A stretch of 44,852 nt of DNA from a virus (taxonomy: Duplodnaviria; Caudoviricetes), in IMG/VR virus record IMGVR_UViG_3300022218_000003, positions 1 to 44,852 of that record; one strand, 5' to 3'. The position numbers and the translations under genes were made by a program. Shown piece by piece: positions 35,802-44,725 of this stretch. The notes beneath the pieces were generated by a model. The model worked only from the letters and a program-made list of their open reading frames with translations. It did not search any database and was not told the DNA's origin. Position 1 is the first letter of the stretch. Every line of letters starts with the position of its first letter.

Positions 35802-36017
35802 TTATTTCCTTCGGTGTAGCCAGTTGAAGAACCGACGGAACACGTAGCTGCGTGCCAGTGACACGGCCACGAAGATTGCCGTCAGTCCGATGTTGTGCCT
35901 GATGGTCACGTCATACCCGAACAGGGGGTAGACCAGTTGGCCCACCCCCACGGATATAGCGAAGCCGATCAGGGTATTACTCGAAGCCTCCATGAGACTC
36001 TGCAAGCGCGTTTGCAT
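35802..36017 (-). CDS. Small two-TM membrane protein common in phages
   Basis: MQTRLQSLMEA...RSYVFRRFFN; AGGAG RBS. Confidence 0.7.
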   Translation of the reverse strand: MQTRLQSLMEASSNTLIGFAISVGVGQLVYPLFGYDVTIRHNIGLTAIFVAVSLARSYVFRRFFNWLHRRK

Positions 36018-36303
36018 CCTCGATCTCCTTCTGCAAGTTCGCAAGTGCACGCCACGCTACCTTCGTAGAGTGACGCATACCGTCAGTGTCGAAGGTGCCC
36101 GCCTCCATGAGGTGTCTCGTGAGTGCGTCCAGCTCGTCACCACTCTTGGAGCGATCCCAGTGCAGCGGCTTGCCGGGGTTATGCTGGTCGTTGCCTATCC
36201 GTGACAGGATGGCAACCTCAGCGATTGCATCGGGGAAGTACCGGAGTACCCCCGAAAATATGGGCACGCCTTTGCGCACCGTTGCTTCAGTCGGTAGACT
36301 CAT
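35977..36303 (-). CDS. DUF5664-like (dATP/dGTP diphosphohydrolase N-terminal-like) protein
   Basis: FPDAIAEVA...GNDQH...DALTRHL...HSTKVAWRALA. Confidence 0.7.
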   Translation of the reverse strand: MSLPTEATVRKGVPIFSGVLRYFPDAIAEVAILSRIGNDQHNPGKPLHWDRSKSGDELDALTRHLMEAGTFDTDGMRHSTKVAWRALANLQKEIEDANALAESHGGFE

Positions 36304-37931
36304 CAGTACTCTCCAATATCAGCTTCCGAAACACGGAAGGGATTCCCACCATCTCCGTCCGCAGGTAGCGGACATTCCTCAAGCAGCCCAGTGTCGGTGC
36401 TGTAGCTGAGGCCAAACCGCAACCCCGCTGCGTCACCTGTGTAACGGTCCTTGAGCACACGGAACACTGTAACTCCTCCAGTGTCCTGCTTGTCGCGCTC
36501 GATGCCGAACAGGAAGTGCGACCAGTACGCGATGCTGCGAGAACCTCGGAACTGCTTTTCGAGGACTCGTCCTCCTTCTTCATGCGCCTTGCCCTCCGGT
36601 GTCGTTAGGTGCGACACGTAGTAGATGGTGCAGTCAAGCTCCTGCGTCAGCGAGCTAAGCTCAGCCATGATCTTGTCGATAGCCTTGCGCTCGTCGTCGT
36701 CGATGCTCGCCGCCAGTGCGGTGAGGTGGTCGAGGAAGATGTCACGGATGCCAAGTGCGCGCACCATGTAGCGTATCTTCTCGCGGATGACCTCGAAAGA
36801 CATGCTTCCGAAGTGATCGTACAGGTACACTCTGCCCCCGAGCGAGGACAGCACCTCTCGTAGTTCCTCCCGGTCATACTCCACCTCCGGCACGTGGACA
36901 CGCTTGCCCATCTTCATGCCTGCGATTGTCTTCGCCGTCATGCTTGGCGGTTCCTCCAGCATGAGCAGCCCCACGGGTACGTCCTCGGTGTTGATGATGT
37001 GCAGAGCGATCTGCTTGAACACCGTTGACTTGCCGCACCCGGTACCACCACCGAACCCGTACAGCTCACCATACCGGCGACCGTACGTGCGATCCGTGAG
37101 TGACTGCCACGGCCATGCGCGTCCGACTTCGATGTCCTCGGCTGCCTTGTCCGCTACCTCCGTGATGTCCACGATCCCATCCGGTCGGTATGGCTTCGCG
37201 TTCCACATGGCGTCGATGACCTGCTTGCCCTTGCCTTCGAGCAGACACTCGTTGGCGTCCTTCAGGGGCAGGCTGGCGATGAACGCCTTGCCCGGAGACA
37301 CGATGCCAGCGCACGCCTTCGCCGCCTCACGACCCGGCTCATCCATGTCGTACATGAAGATGACCTTGTCGAACGAGTTGACGAACTCGATGCTGTTAGC
37401 CACAGCTTTCGCCGCTGACTGCGCACCGTTGGGCACGGACACGACCGGCCATTTGTTCTGCTGGAGCTGGCTCACCGTGAGTGCGTCGATCTCACCCTCA
37501 GTGATGACGAGCATCTTGCCACCCGGCTTCCAGAGCTGCTCCCCGAACAGGCCCATCTTCTTCGCGTCGCCTGTGATGACGAAGCGCTTGTCCTTGTCCC
37601 GTAGCTTCTGGGCTACAGGTCTCCCGTCCTGATAGTACGTGGCTACCTGCACCTTGCTGCCGTTGTACGTGCCGTAGCCGTACCCGAACTTCTTGCAGGT
37701 CGCCTCGTCGATGCCACGTGCGGGGAGGCGAGCAGGCTCGAAGTCGATCAGACCAGACGACGCCTTGTGTTGCTTCCGTACTGGTCTGTCCGACTCGTCA
37801 CCAAACTCGTGGTACCCGCAGGCATGACAGTGTGCTCCTCCGTCTGCGTAGCGTGCGAGGTTGTCCTCGCTGGAGTCACCTCCCGCCTGTGCGCAGTCGG
37901 GGCATTGCTCACGATCTACTACGTCGCCCAC
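36303..37931 (-). CDS. DNA primase/helicase (gp4-like)
   Basis: CPDC...CHAC zinc-binding domain, ITEGEIDAL TOPRIM, GGTGCGKST Walker A, FLDHL, VLKDRYTG. Confidence 0.97.
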   Translation of the reverse strand: MGDVVDREQCPDCAQAGGDSSEDNLARYADGGAHCHACGYHEFGDESDRPVRKQHKASSGLIDFEPARLPARGIDEATCKKFGYGYGTYNGSKVQVATYYQDGRPVAQKLRDKDKRFVITGDAKKMGLFGEQLWKPGGKMLVITEGEIDALTVSQLQQNKWPVVSVPNGAQSAAKAVANSIEFVNSFDKVIFMYDMDEPGREAAKACAGIVSPGKAFIASLPLKDANECLLEGKGKQVIDAMWNAKPYRPDGIVDITEVADKAAEDIEVGRAWPWQSLTDRTYGRRYGELYGFGGGTGCGKSTVFKQIALHIINTEDVPVGLLMLEEPPSMTAKTIAGMKMGKRVHVPEVEYDREELREVLSSLGGRVYLYDHFGSMSFEVIREKIRYMVRALGIRDIFLDHLTALAASIDDDERKAIDKIMAELSSLTQELDCTIYYVSHLTTPEGKAHEEGGRVLEKQFRGSRSIAYWSHFLFGIERDKQDTGGVTVFRVLKDRYTGDAAGLRFGLSYSTDTGLLEECPLPADGDGGNPFRVSEADIGEY

Positions 37932-38066
37932 GTTTCTTTCCTCCCGTCTGTTTACGATCCACTGACCAACCCCCAGAGGCAGGGCGCTTGATGCGCTTGT
38001 CTGCCTTGAGGATCAGGTCGCCCACTACTCCCGGGTAGGCTCTCGCCGCCGAGACCAGTGCGTCTC

Positions 38067-38381
38067 TCACTTGCGGCTCAGTGCGTAGTCGCTGAGTGCA
38101 GCGGCACGCGAGAGCAGCTTGTTGCTGCGTGACAGCAGGTGGTGTACGGATTCCTGAAGGTCACCCTTCGAGGCGTACGCCGCCAGCTTGTACCCGCGCT
38201 GACCCGTAACGAGCAGGGTCGGGTAGTCCTGAGCGACCTGCCGGATCGCACGAGTGCTGATGCCAGTCCAGTTGCTCAGCTCACGGGCGGTAGTCCATTC
38301 GGCTACCGGCTGCGTCATCAGGAACGAGCGGATGATCGCCCGGTCGCTGTAGTTTGTTGCGTTTGTGTTTGCGAATCCCAT
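38067..38381 (-). CDS. Winged helix-turn-helix-like protein
   Basis: TARELSNWTGISTRAIRQVA...GQRGY. Confidence 0.6.
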   Translation of the reverse strand: MGFANTNATNYSDRAIIRSFLMTQPVAEWTTARELSNWTGISTRAIRQVAQDYPTLLVTGQRGYKLAAYASKGDLQESVHHLLSRSNKLLSRAAALSDYALSRK

Positions 38382-38382
38382 G

Positions 38383-38820
38383 TTAGTTCTCCTCTATCTT
38401 CGCATACCATTCGCGCACGTCGAATGACGGGCACGCCTTGTTGACGTTGGGCAGGTCACGGTGTCCGAGTACCTCGGCATCCGGGTTGCCCACCTTCAGT
38501 CCCTTCACGAGGCCCGCGAGTGCATCCCACTGGTCGTCAGTGAAGTTGTTCTCGGGTTCCCCATTCTCTGCTACACCACCCACCAAACAAATGCCCAGTG
38601 ATATGTGGTTCACGCCACGTGCATGTGCACCCGGCCTGTCGTGCGGTCGTCCGTCCTCGATGGTGCCGTCACGCCTGATGATCCAGTGGTAGCCCACGTC
38701 GAACCATCCCCGGCGCAGATGCCACAGGCGTATCTCCTCAACGCCCACGTCCTGCGACGGTTTCGTAGCGGCACAATGGATGACGATGTACCTTACCTCC
38801 TCGATTGTTTTCCAGCTCAT
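38383..38820 (-). CDS. N-acetylmuramoyl-L-alanine amidase (T7 lysozyme, gp3.5-like)
   Basis: VIHCAAT, VGYHWII, GAHARG, GHRD...KACPSFD. Confidence 0.96.
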   Translation of the reverse strand: MSWKTIEEVRYIVIHCAATKPSQDVGVEEIRLWHLRRGWFDVGYHWIIRRDGTIEDGRPHDRPGAHARGVNHISLGICLVGGVAENGEPENNFTDDQWDALAGLVKGLKVGNPDAEVLGHRDLPNVNKACPSFDVREWYAKIEEN

Positions 38821-39257
38821 GCCTGTTCGATCCGCACGGTGAAGTGCGGAACCTCCGTTGGGTTGGGCCAGCGCTTGTGCGCATACAGATGCACGATCTG
38901 GTCGTCGTCATTCCAGTATCGCTTCTTCGTCAGCGCATCGAGCACGGCCTTGATGTAGTTGTCAATGTCACCTCTCGGGTTGTCACGTTTGGTGGTCTTG
39001 GGTTTGTCGGCAACGAGGTCGAGAGTCACGGACAGGTTGCCCTGCCACGTGACCTCTGCCTCTGGTATCGCTGCATCCGCGTCTTTGAGCCAGCGCTTGT
39101 AGGTACCCGTGTAGTAGGTACCCCATTTGCTGACCCTCGGACGTGCTGCCGGGACGGGAGCAAGCTCAACCCGTAGCTTAGAACTCCGGGTCGTCGCCAC
39201 CGTCGCTGCCGCCGAACGATTCCTCGCCCGACTCATCTCCGAACGGGTTGCTGTCAC
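38817..39257 (-). CDS. rusA: RusA-like Holliday junction resolvase
   Basis: PVPAARPR, GDIDNYIKAVLDAL, WNDDDQIV; start codon lies within SSB 3' end. Confidence 0.85.
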   Translation of the reverse strand: MTATRSEMSRARNRSAAATVATTRSSKLRVELAPVPAARPRVSKWGTYYTGTYKRWLKDADAAIPEAEVTWQGNLSVTLDLVADKPKTTKRDNPRGDIDNYIKAVLDALTKKRYWNDDDQIVHLYAHKRWPNPTEVPHFTVRIEQA

Positions 39258-39786
39258 CCGAGCTGAACTCCACGAGTTCGAGAATCTGCACGTTGTTGCA
39301 GCGCAGGCTCACGCCTACTTCCTTGCTCGACTCCATGTAGTACGGGAACATCTCGCCGTGAATCTTGGCGACGCTGTCGTTGCCCACGTTGGGCAGCGGG
39401 TCAGTGTAGCGCCCGCCCTTGCTGTCGAACAGCTTGGGTGACTGCGAGTACTGGTTGTCCCGTCCGAAGAACGGCTTCAGCTTGTACTTGAAGATGACCC
39501 GGCCTGTCTCGTTGCCCTCGTCATCGTACTCGACATCGTAGAAGTCCGCGACCTTCTTGCCGAACGCCGGGTTCTTGATCTCCTTCGGGTTGGTGTTCAC
39601 GAACCGATCAAGTTCATCGGCCAGCGTGTTCACGTAGGCATCCAGCTCCGGGCCACGTTCGACCGCGAGCTTCGCATGGTACACACCGTCGGGCTTGACG
39701 AACTTGTCGTCAGGCGTATTCAGGTGCGGCCATACGAGCGTGCCTTCAGGCGACATTGCCTTCTTGTACTGGTACTTACTTGCCAT
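39178..39786 (-). CDS. Single-stranded DNA-binding protein (gp2.5-like)
   Basis: WPHLNTPD, GVSLRCNNVQILELVE, acidic tail ending in Phe. Confidence 0.92.
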   Translation of the reverse strand: MASKYQYKKAMSPEGTLVWPHLNTPDDKFVKPDGVYHAKLAVERGPELDAYVNTLADELDRFVNTNPKEIKNPAFGKKVADFYDVEYDDEGNETGRVIFKYKLKPFFGRDNQYSQSPKLFDSKGGRYTDPLPNVGNDSVAKIHGEMFPYYMESSKEVGVSLRCNNVQILELVEFSSGDSNPFGDESGEESFGGSDGGDDPEF

Positions 39787-39943
39787 TGGTGCTCTCCTCT
39801 ACCTTGCGGTAATGCTTGTTGATTCGTTGGTGTGCCGCACGCTCAGGCGCGCTCATCGGCACGAGTGGTCGGTCGTGTTGGTCGTTCTCGACGTGAGCGT
39901 GCACGACCGTCGCGCCGCCCCAGTCCCTCATCCAGTCCTTCAT
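39776..39943 (-). CDS. Small hypothetical protein (55 aa)
   Basis: ATGA coupling to upstream gene. Confidence 0.45.
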   Translation of the reverse strand: MKDWMRDWGGATVVHAHVENDQHDRPLVPMSAPERAAHQRINKHYRKVEESTNGK

Positions 39944-40206
39944 CTCATCTGCTCCCTCGCGTACGCTTCGAGTGCCCGGTAGTGCGAGGTGAACGGCGAC
40001 TCGATGTCCCGAGTCATGTTCTCCGTACTCACGAGCAGCCGACGTACGTCCACGTTGAGCGCGTTGCACATCGCAAGCAGGCACATCGCCGTCGCTTGCA
40101 GTTGAACTTGCGGCTGATCCTGTAGCTTGACCACCACCTCATACATCGCGCGTCGCAGCATCTCCGGGTCTGCTGCGGGTAACCCGTACAACTTGTCGGT
40201 GTTCAT
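39940..40206 (-). CDS. Hypothetical class II protein (88 aa)
   Basis: GAGGAG RBS, ATG at 40206. Confidence 0.7.
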   Translation of the reverse strand: MNTDKLYGLPAADPEMLRRAMYEVVVKLQDQPQVQLQATAMCLLAMCNALNVDVRRLLVSTENMTRDIESPFTSHYRALEAYAREQMR

Positions 40207-40219
40207 CCTGTCTCCTCGG

Positions 40220-40248
40220 AAAAGGTGGGGGCGACCGAAGCCGCCCCC
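40220..40248 (-). terminator. Intrinsic terminator
   Basis: GGGGGCGGC-TTCG-GTCGCCCCC-ACCTTTT. Confidence 0.65.
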
Positions 40249-40255
40249 GAATAGG

Positions 40256-40768
40256 TTACTGGATTCCCAAGTACGCCTTGAGCGCAGCCTCGGCAGCATC
40301 GAAGGTCTGGAAGCCAGCCTCGATGATGACCCAGTCTGCATCCGGCGCGTTCAGCTCGAACGCAAAGCAGAAGCGATACTCAGACGGGGAGGTGTTATAC
40401 CTGTACCACGGCTGAGCGCATCCACCATTGCTGGTTGACTGCACGCCACCAACCCAGAAGTACTGACCAGAGTTCAGGTCGATGTATTCCTCACGGTCGA
40501 TGTTGGGATCACGGATGTACTCGATGATGTCACGAGCAGGCGTGCTGTTAGCAGCCTCCAGTGCATCGAGTCGTGCGAGTATGTCGGTCAGATCGACCGG
40601 CTGAATCGCCGCAACGTCAGCCTGAAGCTGAGCAACGTCAGCCTCCAGCGTCGTGATGCGGGTGGTGTTACCCACACGTCCGTTCGTGTTAGCGTTGACC
40701 TGCTCAGTCAGCTCAGCGTATGCGTTCACGCTGAACAGGCACGCCAGTACGAGTACCAGTTTCTTCAT
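40256..40768 (-). CDS. Secreted/periplasmic protein with coiled-coil stalk
   Basis: Signal peptide MKKLVLVLACLFSVNAYA; heptad repeat; one Cys pair in C-terminal domain. Confidence 0.8.
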   Translation of the reverse strand: MKKLVLVLACLFSVNAYAELTEQVNANTNGRVGNTTRITTLEADVAQLQADVAAIQPVDLTDILARLDALEAANSTPARDIIEYIRDPNIDREEYIDLNSGQYFWVGGVQSTSNGGCAQPWYRYNTSPSEYRFCFAFELNAPDADWVIIEAGFQTFDAAEAALKAYLGIQ

Positions 40769-40807
40769 TTACTTCTCCTCTCACTGTGACAAGGGGTGAT
40801 TCCCTCA

Positions 40808-40825
40808 TCTCTGCTGCAACACCCT
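40808..40825 (-). promoter_or_regulatory. Candidate phage RNAP middle promoter
   Basis: Exact 18-bp motif ~40 bp upstream of ATG 40768. Confidence 0.75.
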
Positions 40826-40915
40826 GTTCATCCATACAGTAGTCGAACTCAGCATGGGGGTGCCACGTACCATTCTGCATCCGGGCGCAACAGGCGTTAT
40901 ACACCTGCAACCATG

Positions 40916-41074
40916 TCATGCTGCCTCTGCGCATATCAGGAACAGGCCCGCCATTGCGAGGCAGCCGACTGCGACTGCGCCCGCCATGTCCACGCCCGTC
41001 ACTCCCCACAGTACAGTCCAGCCTGCGCTCGACGCAGTCCAGACGTACGCTCCGCTCACGAATATCCGCTTCAT
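40916..41074 (-). CDS. Small two-TM membrane protein (52 aa)
   Basis: Read by eye: MKRIFVSGAYVWTASSAGWTVLWG...AMAGLFLIC; ATGA-coupled. Confidence 0.5.
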   Translation of the reverse strand: MKRIFVSGAYVWTASSAGWTVLWGVTGVDMAGAVAVGCLAMAGLFLICAEAA

Positions 41075-41241
41075 GCGAGTCGTGCCCCCCTGAAGAAGTA
41101 GCGACCGTCCTCGGTCTTCTGAATGTCAACGGCAACCTGCCGCTCCTGCTTCTCGACGACGTGGTCGCCGCTCTCGTTGACTACCTTGCGGCCCACGGTG
41201 TAGGTCGCCTCGATGTTGTGGCTCTCGGTCTTCGTGCTCAT
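41071..41241 (-). CDS. Small hypothetical protein (56 aa)
   Basis: GAGGAG RBS before ATG at 41241. Confidence 0.6.
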   Translation of the reverse strand: MSTKTESHNIEATYTVGRKVVNESGDHVVEKQERQVAVDIQKTEDGRYFFRGARLA

Positions 41242-41403
41242 GGTTCTCTCCTCAGATTCATGTGACCGCAAAGGTGCGGCGGTTTGTAGCAGTCGGGGCA
41301 CACAGGGTACCCCGGCCACGTGTCGTGCGCACGTTTCATGCGCTGGTTGTGTTCCTCAATGAGCTGGTGCTCAATGCGGTACGTCTTGGGCAACGGCCTG
41401 CGC

Positions 41404-43860
41404 TTAGGCGAAGAAGAAGTCGGCATCACGCACCTCCTCGATGTTGTACTCGCCAGCTTCAGGCGGCTGGTCGATGTCCGGCCATGCCTTACCCGGCAGG
41501 CGCAGCAGGCTCTCACGGTAGAACTCCACGAGTACCTCCTGCGAGTACAGGTTGATGAACTCATCACGCAGGGCGTAGTGCAGCTCATCCACGTCGCACG
41601 CATGGACACCGAACGAGTCATGGATGACAGCGAACGAGGTTGTCACCCCGGCGTCAGCCATGCGGTTCACCGTCATCATCAGGTGCGTCGCATCGAGCGA
41701 GTGCACGTAGTTGGGTGCGACTGCGCTTGACTGCTTCGCCCCGTCGATCTTGTCGCCCTCGAACGTGAGCGTCAGGAACATGGGCTGCCCCTGAAACAAG
41801 ACCTTGATGCGCTTGCCCTTCGACTTCAGGTACGGTTGCAGTACCCGGAACCCGAGCGGCGTAGTCCAGCCCGTCGGGATGTCCTGCTTGCTGACATGCT
41901 TGGACACATGCTTCAGCCAGTCCATCGCTTCGGCTGCCCGGTCTACCACCGAGCGGATGCTTGCTTCAACGATGGGTGCGAGGAACGCAGCCGCCTCCCA
42001 GTCAGGCGTACCCGGAAGGTAGTCTCCTTCCTGCCGCTTCCTGATCTCGTCGAGTATCTGCTGCCTGATCCCGGCGCTCGTCACCGAGTAGGCGAACGTC
42101 ATGCACGGGCGCTTAACGATCTTGCGATCCACCTTGCCCTGCCACACCTTAGCCAGCGGCTCAGCGCTCGCCTTCAGCGCATCGTTCACCACGTACAGTA
42201 CCTCGGTGTAGATGTCGTTGGGCAGCGGAGTGTTGGTCAGGTTCACCGCCTCCGCTCCACGTTGGTCACGCAGCATGGCGCTGAAGTGCTGGATGCCCGA
42301 GCACGACCCGTCCATTGCGATAGGCAGGTGCGACACGTGAGCTGCGCCCTCCATCTTGAACCCGGCGTACTCGAAGCAGGCTGCGAGTGCACCCCACGGC
42401 TCGTCGGCCTCAGTCCAGAAGCGCTGCCCGTCGAGCGGAGACAGGGCGCTGTCGAGGATGCGATCCTCGTGCTCCATCACCCACTCGACACGCTGGTCGA
42501 AGGACACCTTGTCGAACCCGAACAGGTTGGCGAGCTGCACGCACAGCCAGAACCCACCGTTCTCTCCGAGTGCCTTACCGTTGGCGAACTCAAGCAGGGC
42601 CTTCGATGTGTCGTCCGACTGAGGCGACAGCTCCGCACTCATCGGGTACACCCGGCCCCTGAAGTCCAGCGAGTGAGGGAACCAGATGCGTTCCTCATCG
42701 CGCACTTCCTGTGCCAGTGCGAGCTTCGTCGCAAGCGCCACCCGTTTGCTTCGGTTGGCTGCGTTGTACCCGTGCACCGCACGTGCCTCGTTCTTCCACC
42801 GACGCAGCGCATCCTTCTGTGCCTCGTCGTAGTCCTCGTACGCCACGGTGCCACGCTCAGGGATACCGAGCGGGACGGGCGGGAGCGGCAGGTCGTCAGC
42901 CTCCGGCAGCACACCCATGTCCATGTCCGAGCGCCATGCCTCAAGCATGACATCGAGCACGCCCTTGTTGATGCGCCACTCCGTAGATTGGATGCTGTTC
43001 ACCGCATCGTACACCTGCGTCATGTCCGTGGAGAACAGCTCATCGAGCAGCCCCTCGGTCACCTTGCGGAACCCCGCACCCCGCAGGATGGGCTGCTTCA
43101 AGCGCTCCGTCAGGTACCCACCGGAGAGCGGCGTCGTCCACGGGCGAGGCGGGCACACCATCGGCTTGTTCACCGGCTCGTCGCCCTCGATCTGGGCGTG
43201 CCGCAAGCGCAGCCGTTCGAGTGCATCCTCCGTCATGGTGATGATCTTCTTCACCTGACTGCCACCCTTGTCCGGGTCGCTCACTGTCTTCAGCTCAGCC
43301 AGCCCGGACTCCTGCACGAACACCTCCATCAGCTTCAGGCCGAGCTTCAGTTTCTCCTGCTCAGTCCAGCCCATGCGCTTGACACCTGCCACATCCGCAG
43401 CCTTTCGCATGATCTTGCGACGGGTGCTGGCACGTGACCAGCGCTTCGCCTTCATGCTCATGCTGTTGGCGAGGTGCGGCTCAGCCTGCTCCAGCTCCTC
43501 GTACCTGTAGTGCTCCTCGATCAGGTTGGCAATCTTCATCGCCGTCCGTGTCACGTTCGCCTCGTTGTACGCAGCCGACACCGTGAGCTTGGCCGTGATG
43601 TACGCCACCGCATCCGGGTTCATCTCCGTCAGCCAGTGGATACCGAGCGGCACCTGCGACGGGTGCGACTCGCCGTCCTCCAGCATCCGCACCTGCTCGT
43701 TGATCCACGGGATCATTGCCTTCATCGCCACATACACCAGCCCCAGTCCTGCCGTGCTGTCACCTGCACCCTGCTGCTCGAACTTCTTGTGGTACTTGCG
43801 GATGCCCTCGTCGAGCTGCGTCAGCTCCCGCATTTCCTGTCTCTCTGTAAGGTTACTCAT
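41404..43860 (-). CDS. Single-subunit T7-type RNA polymerase (gp1-like)
   Basis: DFRGRVYP, DGSCSGIQH, RKIVKRPCMTFAYS, IHDSFG, C-terminal FFFA. Confidence 0.99.
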   Translation of the reverse strand: MSNLTERQEMRELTQLDEGIRKYHKKFEQQGAGDSTAGLGLVYVAMKAMIPWINEQVRMLEDGESHPSQVPLGIHWLTEMNPDAVAYITAKLTVSAAYNEANVTRTAMKIANLIEEHYRYEELEQAEPHLANSMSMKAKRWSRASTRRKIMRKAADVAGVKRMGWTEQEKLKLGLKLMEVFVQESGLAELKTVSDPDKGGSQVKKIITMTEDALERLRLRHAQIEGDEPVNKPMVCPPRPWTTPLSGGYLTERLKQPILRGAGFRKVTEGLLDELFSTDMTQVYDAVNSIQSTEWRINKGVLDVMLEAWRSDMDMGVLPEADDLPLPPVPLGIPERGTVAYEDYDEAQKDALRRWKNEARAVHGYNAANRSKRVALATKLALAQEVRDEERIWFPHSLDFRGRVYPMSAELSPQSDDTSKALLEFANGKALGENGGFWLCVQLANLFGFDKVSFDQRVEWVMEHEDRILDSALSPLDGQRFWTEADEPWGALAACFEYAGFKMEGAAHVSHLPIAMDGSCSGIQHFSAMLRDQRGAEAVNLTNTPLPNDIYTEVLYVVNDALKASAEPLAKVWQGKVDRKIVKRPCMTFAYSVTSAGIRQQILDEIRKRQEGDYLPGTPDWEAAAFLAPIVEASIRSVVDRAAEAMDWLKHVSKHVSKQDIPTGWTTPLGFRVLQPYLKSKGKRIKVLFQGQPMFLTLTFEGDKIDGAKQSSAVAPNYVHSLDATHLMMTVNRMADAGVTTSFAVIHDSFGVHACDVDELHYALRDEFINLYSQEVLVEFYRESLLRLPGKAWPDIDQPPEAGEYNIEEVRDADFFFA

Positions 43861-43931
43861 TCAGTATGACTCCTTTAGGTTGAGTCTGTTAATGATAATC
43901 TCTAAAGGGAACACTTATAGTGCCCTGCCCT

Positions 43932-43949
43932 TCTCTGCTGCAATACCCT
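43932..43949 (-). promoter_or_regulatory. Candidate phage RNAP promoter upstream of RNAP gene
   Basis: AGGGTATTGCAGCAGAGA, preserved in both alleles although nearby sequence differs. Confidence 0.7.
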
Positions 43950-44004
43950 GTTCATCCATCCAGTGTTTCGGGAGTTGCTTCCTCCCTTCTGGGGTGTCAC
44001 CCCC

Positions 44005-44226
44005 TCACCCTGCCTTCCCGATCCACTCCCGCAGCGACGGCGACCACTCGACATCCGAGTAGAAGCAGAACAGCGTGCGCTCCACCCACCCACCGTCCTT
44101 GCGGGCGACCTCGTACTTGGCCGTGAGCTGCGTGCTCAGCAGGTCTACCACGGTGCACACGTGCTGCTCGTGCTCACCCTCACCAGTGTACACCCGGATC
44201 AGGTCGCCCACCTCCGGGCGGCTCAT
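44005..44226 (-). CDS. Early hypothetical protein (allele of 264-494)
   Basis: Homologous to 264-494. Confidence 0.75.
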   Translation of the reverse strand: MSRPEVGDLIRVYTGEGEHEQHVCTVVDLLSTQLTAKYEVARKDGGWVERTLFCFYSDVEWSPSLREWIGKAG

Positions 44227-44486
44227 GGTGCGTGCCTCGCAAGGTACTCGTCGAACTCCGGCGTGCTGCTCACCAGCTCACCGAACCGCAGCACCTCAAT
44301 GGCGTACGTGTCGCCCATGTCCCACCCACCGAACGTCATGGGTGACTGGGCCGCCACCATCCACGTGCTGTACGGTGCACGCGGAGACTTGCTTGGCTGG
44401 TTCACCTTGAGCACGTGCCAAGTCCAGTCGCCTGCCTTGTACGTGGCGTGCGGTGCCTTCATCTCTGCTGTCTTTCTCAGGCTCAT
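44223..44486 (-). CDS. Allele-specific early hypothetical protein (Trp-rich)
   Basis: ATGA-coupled on both sides; absent from the 1-860 copy. Confidence 0.75.
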   Translation of the reverse strand: MSLRKTAEMKAPHATYKAGDWTWHVLKVNQPSKSPRAPYSTWMVAAQSPMTFGGWDMGDTYAIEVLRFGELVSSTPEFDEYLARHAP

Positions 44487-44725
44487 AGCCATGTCCCTCC
44501 GATGTCACGCAGCGTAGCGTTCATGTCACGTGCCCGCTCCCGAGCGTCGTCTTCCTCGATCTCATCCCGGTAGTACGCCTCGTTGTCCTGCTCGATCTCG
44601 TACTCCAAGTCCTCCATCTCGGAGATGATCTCGTCGAGCTGCATCTCCAAGTCCGTGCGCAGGTCGGTCAGCTCAGCCAGCCTCTCCTCGCACGCCTCGA
44701 TGTTCTGCATCCTCCACTGTCTCAT
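44483..44725 (-). CDS. Very acidic early protein (allele of 491-733)
   Basis: Near-identical to 491-733. Confidence 0.8.
   Translation of the reverse strand: MRQWRMQNIEACEERLAELTDLRTDLEMQLDEIISEMEDLEYEIEQDNEAYYRDEIEEDDARERARDMNATLRDIGGTWL

Noticed and set aside
35977-36303. Possible Z-genome (2-aminoadenine) pathway suggested by the DUF5664-like gene
   Set aside because: No PurZ (adenylosuccinate synthetase-like) or HD-domain dATPase gene is visible anywhere in this near-complete genome.
36300-38321. Other CUGAUGA occurrences (~36300, ~38315; also ~8786)
   Set aside because: Located in coding sequence or at a stop/start overlap, with no flanking stem I hairpin and GAAA/NUH arrangement that I could see.
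41836-43437. 533-aa + strand ORF (also 27017-28057, 3836-4825 and similar)
   Set aside because: Antisense shadows of well-supported minus-strand genes in high-GC DNA; no RBS or recognisable motifs.
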